Shown in pieces: positions 19,703 to 29,586 of a stretch of DNA of 64,000 bases. The first letter of the stretch is position 1. Each line of letters starts with the position of its first letter. The notes under the pieces are model-generated. The model searched no databases. It was given only the letters and a program-made list of their open reading frames with translations, and was not told the origin of the DNA. The DNA is taken from positions 2,336,001-2,400,000 of the forward strand of contig OZ245015.1 of the NCBI GenBank assembly GCA_965223705.1, written 5' to 3'. This stretch comes from Myxococcota bacterium. GTDB lineage: Bacteria > Myxococcota_A > UBA9160 > UBA6930. Made by a program: the position numbers and the translations under genes.

Positions 19703-20571
19703 CGCTTTTCCTCGCCGCTCCCCGGCAGACGAAAGACCCTGAGCGCATTCTCTCGCAGCAACTTGGCCCGCGGACCGTCGCGGAGCTTCAACCCGTCGAT
19801 CTCTCTCATCGCCCGTTCGGGATCGATGACCGGCCAGTCGGTTCCGAAGAGGACTTTGTCCTGTCCAAAGGAGTCCGCGTAGCGAAGGAACGCCTCTGGC
19901 CAATGGCGCGGGGCGTGCGCATCCGATCCGATGAACACGTTCTCGTGTTTCCACGCCATCGCGATCATCTCTTCCGTCCAGGGGATCCCGATGTGGATGC
20001 CGATGAGGCGCAGCTCGGGAAAGTCGCATGCGACAGAATCGAGGCAAATGGGCCGCCCCACGCTGCGGAGTCGGCGGTCCCGCTGATAGTTCAGGCTCTG
20101 TCCCACCTGCATCATGATCGGGATATCGAGTTCGCAACACTTGGCGTAGTAGGGGTAGACGCGCGCGTGATCGGGCGGAAGCTCGAACCAATGCGGATAG
20201 AAGTGCGCACCGACAAAGCCCTCTTCGCGCACGGCCCACTCGAGCTCGCGCAGGCCTTCCATGCCGCGGGTGGGGTCGACGCCGGCCAATCCGGAAAACC
20301 GGTCGGGATGTTTTCGGCACACCTCCGCGACGTACGCGTACGGAATCTCGAATGATCCCCGTACTCGCAAGTCGCCGCCTCGGACGGCGATGAGCAGCGA
20401 GCGTTCGATCCCTGCGCGATCCATGCGCGCCAAATAATCGTCGATCGACACACCCGCTCGGAGCGCTTCGGGAAACCGGATCTGGTCGAGGAACTCGGGA
20501 TCGAGTCCGGTGCGGCTCTCGCGGACTTCGCGTTCTGTGAAGAGGTTGCAGACGGTATCGATTGCGCGCAT
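19699..20571 (-). CDS. Amidohydrolase-2 family protein
   Basis: HPDRFSGLAGVDP, HIGIPW, VLFGTDWP. Confidence 0.88.
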   Translation of the reverse strand: MRAIDTVCNLFTEREVRESRTGLDPEFLDQIRFPEALRAGVSIDDYLARMDRAGIERSLLIAVRGGDLRVRGSFEIPYAYVAEVCRKHPDRFSGLAGVDPTRGMEGLRELEWAVREEGFVGAHFYPHWFELPPDHARVYPYYAKCCELDIPIMMQVGQSLNYQRDRRLRSVGRPICLDSVACDFPELRLIGIHIGIPWTEEMIAMAWKHENVFIGSDAHAPRHWPEAFLRYADSFGQDKVLFGTDWPVIDPERAMREIDGLKLRDGPRAKLLRENALRVFRLPGSGEEKR

Positions 20572-20634
20572 GGCTCGAGCATACCCCGCGCTGGCTCGCA
20601 CGGGATGGTACGCTCACGAAAAAGAGGCGTTGCG

Positions 20635-21981
20635 ATGGCTGTTGTACGTCGAGAAGCGGACTATCTGATCGTCGGCGCGGGTGCCATGGGGATGGCTTTC
20701 GCGGATGTGGTTCTCAAGGAGCAACCCACTGCGACGATCGCCATGGTGGATCGCCACGCTCACGCCGGGGGGCACTGGAACGACGCGTACCCCTTCGTTT
20801 TCCTTCACCAACCGGCGGCCTTCTACGGCGTAACCTCCGAGAAGCTCGGCAGCGGCGGCTCCGAGCTAGCCTCTCGTTCGGAAATTCTCGCGTACTACGA
20901 GCGCGTCCTGCACAAGTTTGAGTCGACGGGGCGATTCGAGTTCTTTCCGACGAGTGAACACCACGCCGATGGTTCGATCACATCGCGGATCGATCCCGCC
21001 CGCCGCATCGAGATCGCGGTTCGAGACCGGCTCGTCGATGCGACCTACCTGAACGTTCAGGTGCCCTCGATTCGGCCGCCCCAATATGAGGTCGATGACG
21101 GCGTTCCAATCCTAGCGATCAACGGACTGGCCAAGATCCACGAGCCCTATGACGCGTACGTCGTTGTCGGCGCAGGGAAGACCGGCATTGACGCCGTGCT
21201 GTTCCTCATCGATCAGGGGGTCGATGCGGGTCAGATTCGGTGGATCGTTCCGAATGACTCCTGGTTTCTCGATCGCCCCCAGATTCAGCCGGGGCGGATC
21301 GTGGACTTCTTCGTCGCGCCGTTCGACATCGTGTTGAGATGCGACTCCGTCGACGAAGTCTTCCACGAACTCGAGGCCGACGGGCAGCTCCTCCGACTCG
21401 ATGACAACGAATGGCCCACGAAATACCGCTGCGCCACCGTGAACGGCGAAGAGCTCGAGAAGTTACGCGAGGTAGGAGAAATCGTTCGTCTCGGGCGCGT
21501 GCGGCGCATCCGCCGCGATGTCATCGAGCTCGAGCGAGGAAGCGTTCCGAGCCGCGAAAAGACGCTCTACGTGGATTGCACAGCCGACGGCCTGGCGCGA
21601 CGTCCGGTCCGCCCCGTCTTCGAGAAAGGCCGCATCACGCTCCAGTCACTCACCATGTGTCAACAGGTGTTCAGTGCGTCGGTCATCGGACATGTGGCCG
21701 GGATGCGCACGGACGACGCCGACCGGAACGGACTCTGTGGGCCGGTGCCTCACCCGGAGGTGCCCGCGGATTTTCTGCGCTGTATGCACGGGACCTTCAC
21801 GAACGCGCGAAAGTGGGCGCGGCGCATACCGTGGTTTCTCGACCGGAATCGTTTGAACTTCGGACACCACGATTCCCTCGTACGGAGGATTCAGCTCGGG
21901 TGGATCCTCCATCGCGTGGTGCCCGGGGTGATCGAGCGCTGCGAGAGCATCCTCTCGAAGGAAGGCGTTCCGGTCGGCTAG
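20635..21981 (+). CDS. FAD/NAD(P)-dependent oxidoreductase
   Basis: GAGAMG, GGHWNDAYPFV, second GAGKTG motif. Confidence 0.8.
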   Translation: MAVVRREADYLIVGAGAMGMAFADVVLKEQPTATIAMVDRHAHAGGHWNDAYPFVFLHQPAAFYGVTSEKLGSGGSELASRSEILAYYERVLHKFESTGRFEFFPTSEHHADGSITSRIDPARRIEIAVRDRLVDATYLNVQVPSIRPPQYEVDDGVPILAINGLAKIHEPYDAYVVVGAGKTGIDAVLFLIDQGVDAGQIRWIVPNDSWFLDRPQIQPGRIVDFFVAPFDIVLRCDSVDEVFHELEADGQLLRLDDNEWPTKYRCATVNGEELEKLREVGEIVRLGRVRRIRRDVIELERGSVPSREKTLYVDCTADGLARRPVRPVFEKGRITLQSLTMCQQVFSASVIGHVAGMRTDDADRNGLCGPVPHPEVPADFLRCMHGTFTNARKWARRIPWFLDRNRLNFGHHDSLVRRIQLGWILHRVVPGVIERCESILSKEGVPVG

Positions 21982-21993
21982 GGACGAAGCCGA

Positions 21994-22467
21994 TTAGGCG
22001 GGAGGGTGATCGAGCAGATCGAGGACCGGCGCGATGGCGTCTTCCGACCGGCCGCGGAGTTCGCGGGCCGTGAATTCCTGAATCGCGACTTCGTGCGCGG
22101 TGACCCGCGCGAGCAACGTTCGGTCGCTTTCGGGGGCCATGGATTCGAGCTTTTCGAAGAAACGAACGTACTTGGGCAACGCCGCGTCGAGCCAACGGAC
22201 GGTCGCCGCAAATCCCTTGGGGGCCCATTCGGCGGCTTCTGCGCGGCCGCGCTCGGCGTTTCGGGGGTCCTCTTCGACCTCGCCTCCGAGCGCTGCAACA
22301 AGCGGTTTGAGACGCTCCTTCGTCTCGGTCTCGAGCTGCGCGAGAGCGCTCCATTTGAAGCGGTGTTTCGAGTCGTCCGTGCGAGCAGCCAGCTCGCGAA
22401 ACAATGCCTCCCCGTGGAACTCACCCTGGTAGGATTGACAGACCCGCTTTCGGTAGTCGTCGTTCAT
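21994..22467 (-). CDS. Hypothetical helical, ferritin-like protein
   Basis: YQGE, LETE, HEVA motifs in an all-helical 157-aa ORF. Confidence 0.55.
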   Translation of the reverse strand: MNDDYRKRVCQSYQGEFHGEALFRELAARTDDSKHRFKWSALAQLETETKERLKPLVAALGGEVEEDPRNAERGRAEAAEWAPKGFAATVRWLDAALPKYVRFFEKLESMAPESDRTLLARVTAHEVAIQEFTARELRGRSEDAIAPVLDLLDHPPA

Positions 22468-22497
22468 GCCTCGGAGGCTACCAGAAATCGCGCCCAC

Positions 22498-22965
22498 TCA
22501 GTGTTGGACTTGCCGCCGGAACCGTCCTTCCCGGAACGCGAGCAAGAGCTCCCTCGCTTTGTCGGGATGGTCGTCCATTCGGTTCTTGCGGAATCCCGTT
22601 CGGAGGAAGTCGCTCATGCCTTTCGGCATCTTGCCGCTGAGCCCGACCGGTCGAAAAAAGCCCATCGACCAGTGGTCGAAGCTGCGCCCCTCGACCTTTC
22701 CGCGGAACAGGACCGTCGCGTCGGTGTGGCGGTCGTCGCCTTCGATGTGCTCGTAGAGAGCCTCCACCACGGTCTCGTCACCTTCGAGAGCCTGTAGAAA
22801 CGAGCCCTCGTGATAGAGCAGCATGCCGGTGATCTCCGCCAGCTTGTTCTTCCGCCTCGCTCTGCTGAGGAGCGCCTCGAGCTCCTCGGCGTCGATCGGC
22901 CGCGTCGCTGCGCTCGCATACACCAACTGATGGACGATCTCCGGTGCGTCTTCGTCGGATTCCAT
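22498..22965 (-). CDS. BLUF-domain blue-light photoreceptor (no enzymatic output domain)
   Basis: LVYAS, RRKN, ITGMLL, FLQALEG, DDRH, FDHWSMGF; GGAGG RBS. Confidence 0.92.
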   Translation of the reverse strand: MESDEDAPEIVHQLVYASAATRPIDAEELEALLSRARRKNKLAEITGMLLYHEGSFLQALEGDETVVEALYEHIEGDDRHTDATVLFRGKVEGRSFDHWSMGFFRPVGLSGKMPKGMSDFLRTGFRKNRMDDHPDKARELLLAFREGRFRRQVQH

Positions 22966-23092
22966 GGCACCTCCTTCGGGACGCATCGTCCCTCTCGCGG
23001 CCCCTCTCAATCGGGGAAACTCGGTACCGAGCAATCCGGAACATTCCGTCGATTTCGCCTGGTAGGATGGGTGTAGGAGGCTCCGGGATCTC

Positions 23093-25162
23093 ATGTTCAG
23101 CATCGGCGTCGATGTCGGCGGCACATTTACGGACCTGGTTTGCGCGAACGAGCGTGGGGAAGTGCGTTCCGAAAAACTACTGACGACGCCCGAAGATCAG
23201 GCCGTGGGCGTGCTCCAGGGCATCGAACAACTCGCGCGTTCTTACGGCACCGGTGTCGCGGAGTTTCTGGGCGAGGTCTCCGTCGTCATTCACGGGACGA
23301 CCGTCGCAACGAATACCATGCTCGAATACAAGGGAGCCCGAACCGGGTTGATAACCACCGCGGGCTTCCGAGACACCATCGAGATCAGGAGGAACTACAA
23401 GGAAGCGGCGTTCGATATCCATCTCTCCGCGCCCCACCAGATCGTCCCGCGGCGGCGACGACTCGGCGTGACCGAGCGGATCAACTACGCCGGCGAAATC
23501 GTCAAACCTCTCGACGAGGACGAGGTCCGCACGGCCGCGGCGCGGCTGGCCGCCGATGGCATCGAATCACTTGCCATCTGCTTCCTGTTCTCGTTCTTGA
23601 ACCCGATCCACGAGCAACGCGCACGAGACATCGTGCGCGAGCAGTTACCCGACCTACACATTTCGCTGTCGTCGGAGGTGTTGCCTCAGGTCCGGGAATT
23701 CGAACGGTTGAGCACGACGTTGGTGGACGCCTACGTGACGCCCGGCCTGCGGCGCTACCTGGGGTCGCTGGCGAACCTCCTCGCCGAGCGGGGTTTTGCG
23801 GGCGAGACCTTCATCATGCAGGGCAACGGCGGCGTGGTGGGCATCGAGGAGGCGAGTCGCCGGGGGATTCACGCCCTGTTGTCGGGTCCAGCCAGCGGGG
23901 TCGTGGCCGGCGCACAGCTGGGACACCTGTCCGGGTTTGAGAACGTGATTACCGTCGATATGGGCGGAACGAGCTTTGATGTCTGTCTCGTCCAGGACGG
24001 TCAGCCGAAGACGGGCACCGACCAGTGGATGAGTCGCTATCGGGTCGCTGTTCCGTTCATCGATATCCACACCATCGGCGCGGGCGGTGGGAGTATCGCA
24101 TGGGTCGACGAAGGCGGTGCTTTGCGTGTCGGCCCCGAGAGTGCAGGAGCCCGTCCGGGTCCGGCTTGCTACGGGTTCGGGGGCCGCGAGCCTACGGTCA
24201 CGGACGCCGATCTCGTGCTCGGATACATCGATCCCGGAGGATTCCTCGGCGGCGACATGCGGCTCGATCTCGCCGCGGCGAAAGAAGCGATCGAAAGTCA
24301 TGTCGCAAAGCCCATGGGCATGACCGTCACCGAGGCTGCGGCCGGTGTGTTTCGCATCGTGAACCATGGAATGAGCAACAGTGTCCGGCAAGTGTCGCTG
24401 TCGAAAGGATACGACCCTCGGGACTTTGCGTTGACCGCCTTTGGTGGCGCCGGCGCGATTCACGCGAGTGCCCTGACCGAAGACCTGGGGATCCGGCGCG
24501 TTCTTGTCCCGAAGGGCACCGCTCCGGTGCTTTGCGCGCTGGGGGATCTGCTTTCGGACCTGCGCGTGAGCCGCGTCCGAAGCTTCTACGGGCGGAGCGG
24601 CGACCTGCGAGCCGAGGCTCTCGCCGCGCTGTGTGAGGAGATGCGCGGTGAAGCCGGGGAGGAGCTCGCCAATCAGGAAGCGGATCTTGAGACAACCCTG
24701 GCCCGTTTCAGTCTGGAGATGCGCTATCTCGGTCAAACGCACGAAGTGACAGTGCCGCTTTCGGGTCACGGGGCCGTCTCGGAAAGCGAGCTCACAGCCA
24801 CCTTCGACCGTTTCCACGAACTGCACGAGCAGCTCTACACCTTCAAGAAGCCAGGCGACGAAATCGAGGTGCTGAGTGTCCAGCTCGACTTGATCGGTGT
24901 GAGGCACAAGCCGTCGCTCCCTTCCTCTGCACTCGGTGACGAGGATCCCGCCGCGGCCCTGCGGACCCATCGTCCTGTCTACTCGTTCCAGAAAAAGGAC
25001 TATGTCAGCACGCCCATCTACGACGGAGACAGGTTGCAGGCCGGCCACAGGGTCGACGGGCCGGCGGTGATCGAAGAAGCGCGGACGTCGATCGTCCTGT
25101 TCCCGGAGCAGTCGGTCAGGCTCGATGCCTACTTGACCTACGTGATCGAGACGGGCCGATGA
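23093..25162 (+). CDS. Hydantoinase/oxoprolinase A (ATP-binding) subunit
   Basis: DVGGTFTD, HGTTVATN, SGPASG, DMGGTSFD, GAGGGS, PGPACYG. Confidence 0.93.
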   Translation: MFSIGVDVGGTFTDLVCANERGEVRSEKLLTTPEDQAVGVLQGIEQLARSYGTGVAEFLGEVSVVIHGTTVATNTMLEYKGARTGLITTAGFRDTIEIRRNYKEAAFDIHLSAPHQIVPRRRRLGVTERINYAGEIVKPLDEDEVRTAAARLAADGIESLAICFLFSFLNPIHEQRARDIVREQLPDLHISLSSEVLPQVREFERLSTTLVDAYVTPGLRRYLGSLANLLAERGFAGETFIMQGNGGVVGIEEASRRGIHALLSGPASGVVAGAQLGHLSGFENVITVDMGGTSFDVCLVQDGQPKTGTDQWMSRYRVAVPFIDIHTIGAGGGSIAWVDEGGALRVGPESAGARPGPACYGFGGREPTVTDADLVLGYIDPGGFLGGDMRLDLAAAKEAIESHVAKPMGMTVTEAAAGVFRIVNHGMSNSVRQVSLSKGYDPRDFALTAFGGAGAIHASALTEDLGIRRVLVPKGTAPVLCALGDLLSDLRVSRVRSFYGRSGDLRAEALAALCEEMRGEAGEELANQEADLETTLARFSLEMRYLGQTHEVTVPLSGHGAVSESELTATFDRFHELHEQLYTFKKPGDEIEVLSVQLDLIGVRHKPSLPSSALGDEDPAAALRTHRPVYSFQKKDYVSTPIYDGDRLQAGHRVDGPAVIEEARTSIVLFPEQSVRLDAYLTYVIETGR

Positions 25163-26247
25163 ATCCGATGCACGACCTCTTGCGGACCTTGCGAACGCGG
25201 TTTCTCCGCGTATCCGCCGCGTTGCCGTTGATCGATCGTCAACAGATCGCGTTCGCTCTCGCCGATCGCGACGGGCGCGTCGCCGCAGCGGACAATCCTT
25301 TGCGGCTCGCCGCTCTCCAACACACCGGCGACCACATCCGCGCCGCCTTCGACGGAGAGCTCGACGGCGACGATGTGGTGATGACCAACGATCCCTTTTC
25401 CGGCGGCACGCGAATTCAGGACGTGACTCTTCTTCGTCCGCTGGAGCGCGCCGGTCAGCGGATCGGCTACGTCTTGGCGACTACGCCCCTACCCGATCTC
25501 GGCGGCATGGCGCTCGGCGGAACCTACCCGTACGCGTTGGAGATCTGGGCCGAGGGTGTGCGCGTCACCCCGGTCCGCCTGTTTCGAAAAGGCGCCCTTC
25601 AGAACGATGCCCTCACGATGCTGACCCTCAATAGCCGGCTGGCGAAAATGGTCGAGCTCGATGTCCTGGCCCTCGCCGAAAGCCTCGATGAAGCGGCCGA
25701 TCATGCTCGCTCACACTCGAGCCTCGACGGCGAAACGCTTCCTTCCGCCGTGGACGCAGCTGGCGAGGCGTTTGGCGCGCGTCTCGCCGAACTGCCGGAG
25801 CGGGAGCTGCGCGCGCGTGGCCCGACCATTCATCAGTGTCTCGATCCCGAGCCGCTCTTTGTGGAAGTTGCGGCAAAGGTCCGTGAAGGCCGCATCAAAC
25901 TCGATTTCGCGGGGACCTCACCCGCGAGCCGCGGGTTTGTCAACGCGACGCTATCGGCGACTTGGTGCGGTGTGGCCGCTGCCTTGGCGGGAGTCGTGCC
26001 GCGCGTCCATGCGAACGCGGGGTTGCTCTCCCGCGTCGAGCTCGCGGTTCCCGAGGGCGGGCTGCTCGACGCGAAGCTCCCACGGTCGGTGGGCGGATCG
26101 ATCCACAGCGTGGTCGACGCCGTTGCGCGCGCGGTTAGCGGCGCAATGGCCGCGGGCGGACTCGAAAGTCCCGTCTCGACGACCGCGCGTCCCGAGCGCG
26201 TGTTCCGCACACCTGGTTGTGGCCTGGCCGGCTGCCCGTTTGATTGA
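25159..26247 (+). CDS. Truncated, degenerate hydantoinase B-like protein
   Basis: NDPFSGGTRIQD, EIWAEG, NSR, DFAGTS; only 362 aa; ATGA-coupled to subunit A. Confidence 0.8.
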   Translation: MNPMHDLLRTLRTRFLRVSAALPLIDRQQIAFALADRDGRVAAADNPLRLAALQHTGDHIRAAFDGELDGDDVVMTNDPFSGGTRIQDVTLLRPLERAGQRIGYVLATTPLPDLGGMALGGTYPYALEIWAEGVRVTPVRLFRKGALQNDALTMLTLNSRLAKMVELDVLALAESLDEAADHARSHSSLDGETLPSAVDAAGEAFGARLAELPERELRARGPTIHQCLDPEPLFVEVAAKVREGRIKLDFAGTSPASRGFVNATLSATWCGVAAALAGVVPRVHANAGLLSRVELAVPEGGLLDAKLPRSVGGSIHSVVDAVARAVSGAMAAGGLESPVSTTARPERVFRTPGCGLAGCPFD

Positions 26248-26258
26248 GGAGAGCCAAC

Positions 26259-27998
26259 ATGATCGATCCCATCACAGCCCTCGTGATCAAGGATTCTCTG
26301 GAGGCCATATCCGAAGAGATGAGCAAGACGGTCGAGCGGACCGCGGTCCATCCTCTGTTCAACGAGGTTCACGACTACTCGACCGGAGTCTTCTTTCACG
26401 ATGGAGAAGATGTCCGCCTTGTCGCGCGCGCCACGGCGATCCCGGTCCACATCTTCGCCTCGATCTTGTCCGTCGAGGCGCTGATGGAAGCGTTCGAAGG
26501 GGATATCCACGAAGGCGACATCGTGATGCTGAACGACCCGTACTACGGAGGAACCCATCACGCGGACTGGACGGTGATGAAACCCGTATTCATCAACGGG
26601 AAGCCGGCGCTCTTCCCCTCGGTTCGGGCACATATGGCCGATTTCGGGGGTCCTGTCGCGGGCGGCTACAACCCCGAGGCACGAGACATCTGGCAAGAAG
26701 CCCTGCGGATCCCACCGATCAAGATCTTCGAACGGGGCGAGCCGAGGCAGGACGTGCTCGATTGGATTCTCGCGAACACCCGCATTCCGCACGTACTGAG
26801 GGGCGATCTGGCCGCGATGTTCGGCGCCTGCAACTTGGCCGAGCAACGCATCGAGGTCCTCTTTGAAAAGTACGGAGCGGCTACGGTCTACGACAGCATC
26901 GAGTACACGCTCGACTACGCCGAGAAGCGCTTTCGCGCTGAAGTTGCGAGGTGGCCGGACGGCGATTACAGCGCGACGGCGATCCTCGATCACGACAGCC
27001 AGGGCAACTACGACCTCGAGGTGCGCGCGAACGTGACGATCGCGGGCGATGATCTCCGCATCGATTTCACGGGCAGCAGCCCTGAAACGCCGGGGTTCGT
27101 GAATAGCCCGTTTGGAAATACCGCGTCTTGGGCATACACGGCACTGTGCTCCGTTCTTCCGGACGATATCCCGATCAACTCGGGCGTGTTTCGCGCCGTA
27201 GAGATCACGGCTCCGGAAGGTACGGTCGTGAATCCGTTGCCGCCCGCCCCTTGTATGTTCAGCACGGTCGTCATCGGTGGGGATATCGGTACGGCCACCA
27301 TGCGCGCGCTCGAACAAGCGATCCCCGACGCCGTCGGGACGGTGTCGCTCAACTACTGCCTGTGTACGACGTACGGACACGATTCTCGCTACGACGATAT
27401 GTTCGTCACGATCGAATACGGGAATACGTTGGTCGCCGCGGGAGGAACACGCGGAGAAGATGGTTGGGGCGGTTGGCCGGCTCCGATGTGCGGTCTGATC
27501 TACTCGACGGTGGAGATGAGTGAGATTCAGTTTCCATTCTTCTACCACGAATACGAGTACGTAAAGGACACCGCCGCGCCCGGGCAGTGGCGCGGCGTGC
27601 CCGGTTTCGCCATGAAACGCGAGAGTGTCCGGGACACGTCGATGATCAACGTGGCGCTCACCGGCGTTCGGCACGCCTCTCCGGGTTTTGCCGGGGGCCA
27701 CGACGGAGCGAGCAGCCGCTACGTGTTGAACTGGGGAAGCGAAGACGAGTTCGAAGTCTTGGAGTCCGCCGCGAACACACCGTCGCCGCCGGGGACCGTG
27801 ATTGCGACCTTCAAGGGCGGCGGCGGCGGCTGGGGAGATCCCCTCGCGCGCGATCCCGAACGCGTGCGCGCAGACGTGCTCGACGAGCTCTTGAGTCGAG
27901 AGCGCGCCGAACGCGACTACGGTGTCGTGCTGACCGAGGCGCTCGAGATCGATGGCGCCGCCACCGAAGCCCTCCGCGCGGAGCGCCTAGCCGGATGA
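26259..27998 (+). CDS. Hydantoinase B/oxoprolinase catalytic subunit
   Basis: HDYS, PVH, NDPYYGGTHHAD, RAHMADFGG, GGGGGWGDP; GAGGAG RBS. Confidence 0.93.
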   Translation: MIDPITALVIKDSLEAISEEMSKTVERTAVHPLFNEVHDYSTGVFFHDGEDVRLVARATAIPVHIFASILSVEALMEAFEGDIHEGDIVMLNDPYYGGTHHADWTVMKPVFINGKPALFPSVRAHMADFGGPVAGGYNPEARDIWQEALRIPPIKIFERGEPRQDVLDWILANTRIPHVLRGDLAAMFGACNLAEQRIEVLFEKYGAATVYDSIEYTLDYAEKRFRAEVARWPDGDYSATAILDHDSQGNYDLEVRANVTIAGDDLRIDFTGSSPETPGFVNSPFGNTASWAYTALCSVLPDDIPINSGVFRAVEITAPEGTVVNPLPPAPCMFSTVVIGGDIGTATMRALEQAIPDAVGTVSLNYCLCTTYGHDSRYDDMFVTIEYGNTLVAAGGTRGEDGWGGWPAPMCGLIYSTVEMSEIQFPFFYHEYEYVKDTAAPGQWRGVPGFAMKRESVRDTSMINVALTGVRHASPGFAGGHDGASSRYVLNWGSEDEFEVLESAANTPSPPGTVIATFKGGGGGWGDPLARDPERVRADVLDELLSRERAERDYGVVLTEALEIDGAATEALRAERLAG

Positions 27999-28002
27999 AT
28001 GG

Positions 28003-29454
28003 CTAGGCGTCGCGCGCGACGTGAATGCCGGGTTTGCGATCGCGCCAGGGCATGGCTTCTTCGAGCTGCGCGGCCAAGCGGAAGAGCGTCGCCTCGTCGC
28101 CGAATCGACCGACGACCTGGACACCGATCGGCAAGTTGTCTCGGCCCTGATGCAGCGGCAGCGAAATCGCCGGCTGACCGGTGGTGTTGTAGAGCGGAGT
28201 GAACGCCACGTAAGTGAAGACTTGCTGCGTCCATTCCCAAGCGCTCAACCCCGATGCGTTCTGGTCGATCTCTCCAAGTGGTGCCGGGGGACGAGCCATC
28301 GTCGGCGTGACGAGAGCGTCGTAGCCGTCAAAAAAGGCACCGACTTCGCGCGAGACGCGGTTGATCCCTTCGATGGCTCGGGTGAGGTCGCACGCGGAGA
28401 AACGACGGCCCTCCTCGATGCACGCCCATGTCACGGCTTCGACGCTCTCGGGCGACAGCTTCCGGCCGAGCGCCTGGGCGGTCTGATCTGCTGAATAAGC
28501 GGAGAAAGCCGTCCAGAGGATGTGGGTCTCTTCGAGGAAGGGATCCCAATCGAGCGGGGGAGACGCTTCGACTACCTCGTGCCCGAGGGACTCGAGCACC
28601 TGGGTCGTTTTCGCGACGGCCTCGACGCAATCGGGATCGGTGGGTTTCGTGGCGGGCGAGGTCGATGTGAACGCGATGCGGAGACGACGCGGGTCGGCTC
28701 CGACTTCCGATGCGTACGGCCGCTCCGGCGGAGCCAGTAGTCCGGGGGCGCCGCTATCGCTACCCGCGACCGCGTCGAGCATCGTCGCACTATCGCGAAC
28801 CGTGCGGGAGACCACGAACTCCGTAGCGAGGCCGAACAAGAGATCTCCCAGCTCGGGGCCGCTCGGAATCCGGTCCCTCGTGGGCTTGAGTCCGACGAGA
28901 CCGTTGCAGGAAGCGGGGATCCGGATGGAGCCCCCACCGTCGTTGGCATGCGCCACCGGAACGATCCCGGCCGCGACAGCAGCGCCGGAGCCTCCACTCG
29001 AGCCACCGGCGCTGTGGGCGGGGTTCCACGGATTGCGAACCGGTCCGAACCGGACGGTCTCGGTGGTCGGGTTGTAGCCGAACTCCGGCGTCTGGGTCGT
29101 GCCGACCAGAACCAGCCCGGCCCGGCGAAAGCGCGCCATCAGCTCGGTATCGGTCTCGGGGACGTAGCCTTCGGCGAGGTGACTCCCCATCTCGCAGGGA
29201 ACGCCCGCCGCGTGGCAAACGAGCTCCTTGATCACGAACGGAACACCGCGGAATGGACCCCCGGGAAGGCCTTTCGCAACAGCTCCCTGGGCTTCCTCTC
29301 GAAGTACCTGCAGCACGGCGTTGAGCTCGGGGTTGATTCGCTCGATCGCTTGCAGTGCGGTTTCGGCGAGTTCTTCGGGCTTGACGTCGCCTCGGGCAAT
29401 CCATGAGGCGAGTTCTGTCGCGTCTGCACGGGCGTATTCGTCGAGGGAAAGCAT
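28003..29454 (-). CDS. Amidase (amidase-signature family)
   Basis: PFVIKE, GGSSGGS, NDGGGSIRIPAS. Confidence 0.93.
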   Translation of the reverse strand: MLSLDEYARADATELASWIARGDVKPEELAETALQAIERINPELNAVLQVLREEAQGAVAKGLPGGPFRGVPFVIKELVCHAAGVPCEMGSHLAEGYVPETDTELMARFRRAGLVLVGTTQTPEFGYNPTTETVRFGPVRNPWNPAHSAGGSSGGSGAAVAAGIVPVAHANDGGGSIRIPASCNGLVGLKPTRDRIPSGPELGDLLFGLATEFVVSRTVRDSATMLDAVAGSDSGAPGLLAPPERPYASEVGADPRRLRIAFTSTSPATKPTDPDCVEAVAKTTQVLESLGHEVVEASPPLDWDPFLEETHILWTAFSAYSADQTAQALGRKLSPESVEAVTWACIEEGRRFSACDLTRAIEGINRVSREVGAFFDGYDALVTPTMARPPAPLGEIDQNASGLSAWEWTQQVFTYVAFTPLYNTTGQPAISLPLHQGRDNLPIGVQVVGRFGDEATLFRLAAQLEEAMPWRDRKPGIHVARDA

Positions 29455-29586
29455 GGGGGTCCTCCAGGGTGGTCGCGTACCACGGTAGACCTTCCGGGGG
29501 AGTCCGCGCACCCCGTTTCTCGGGCGCAAGCGCTTTGTCCGAGATCCTGCGATCCTTCGCGTCCGTTGCAACCGAAGGAACGACTA

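Noticed and set aside
25833..27701. 622-aa - strand ORF
   Set aside because: Antisense shadow of hydantoinase B
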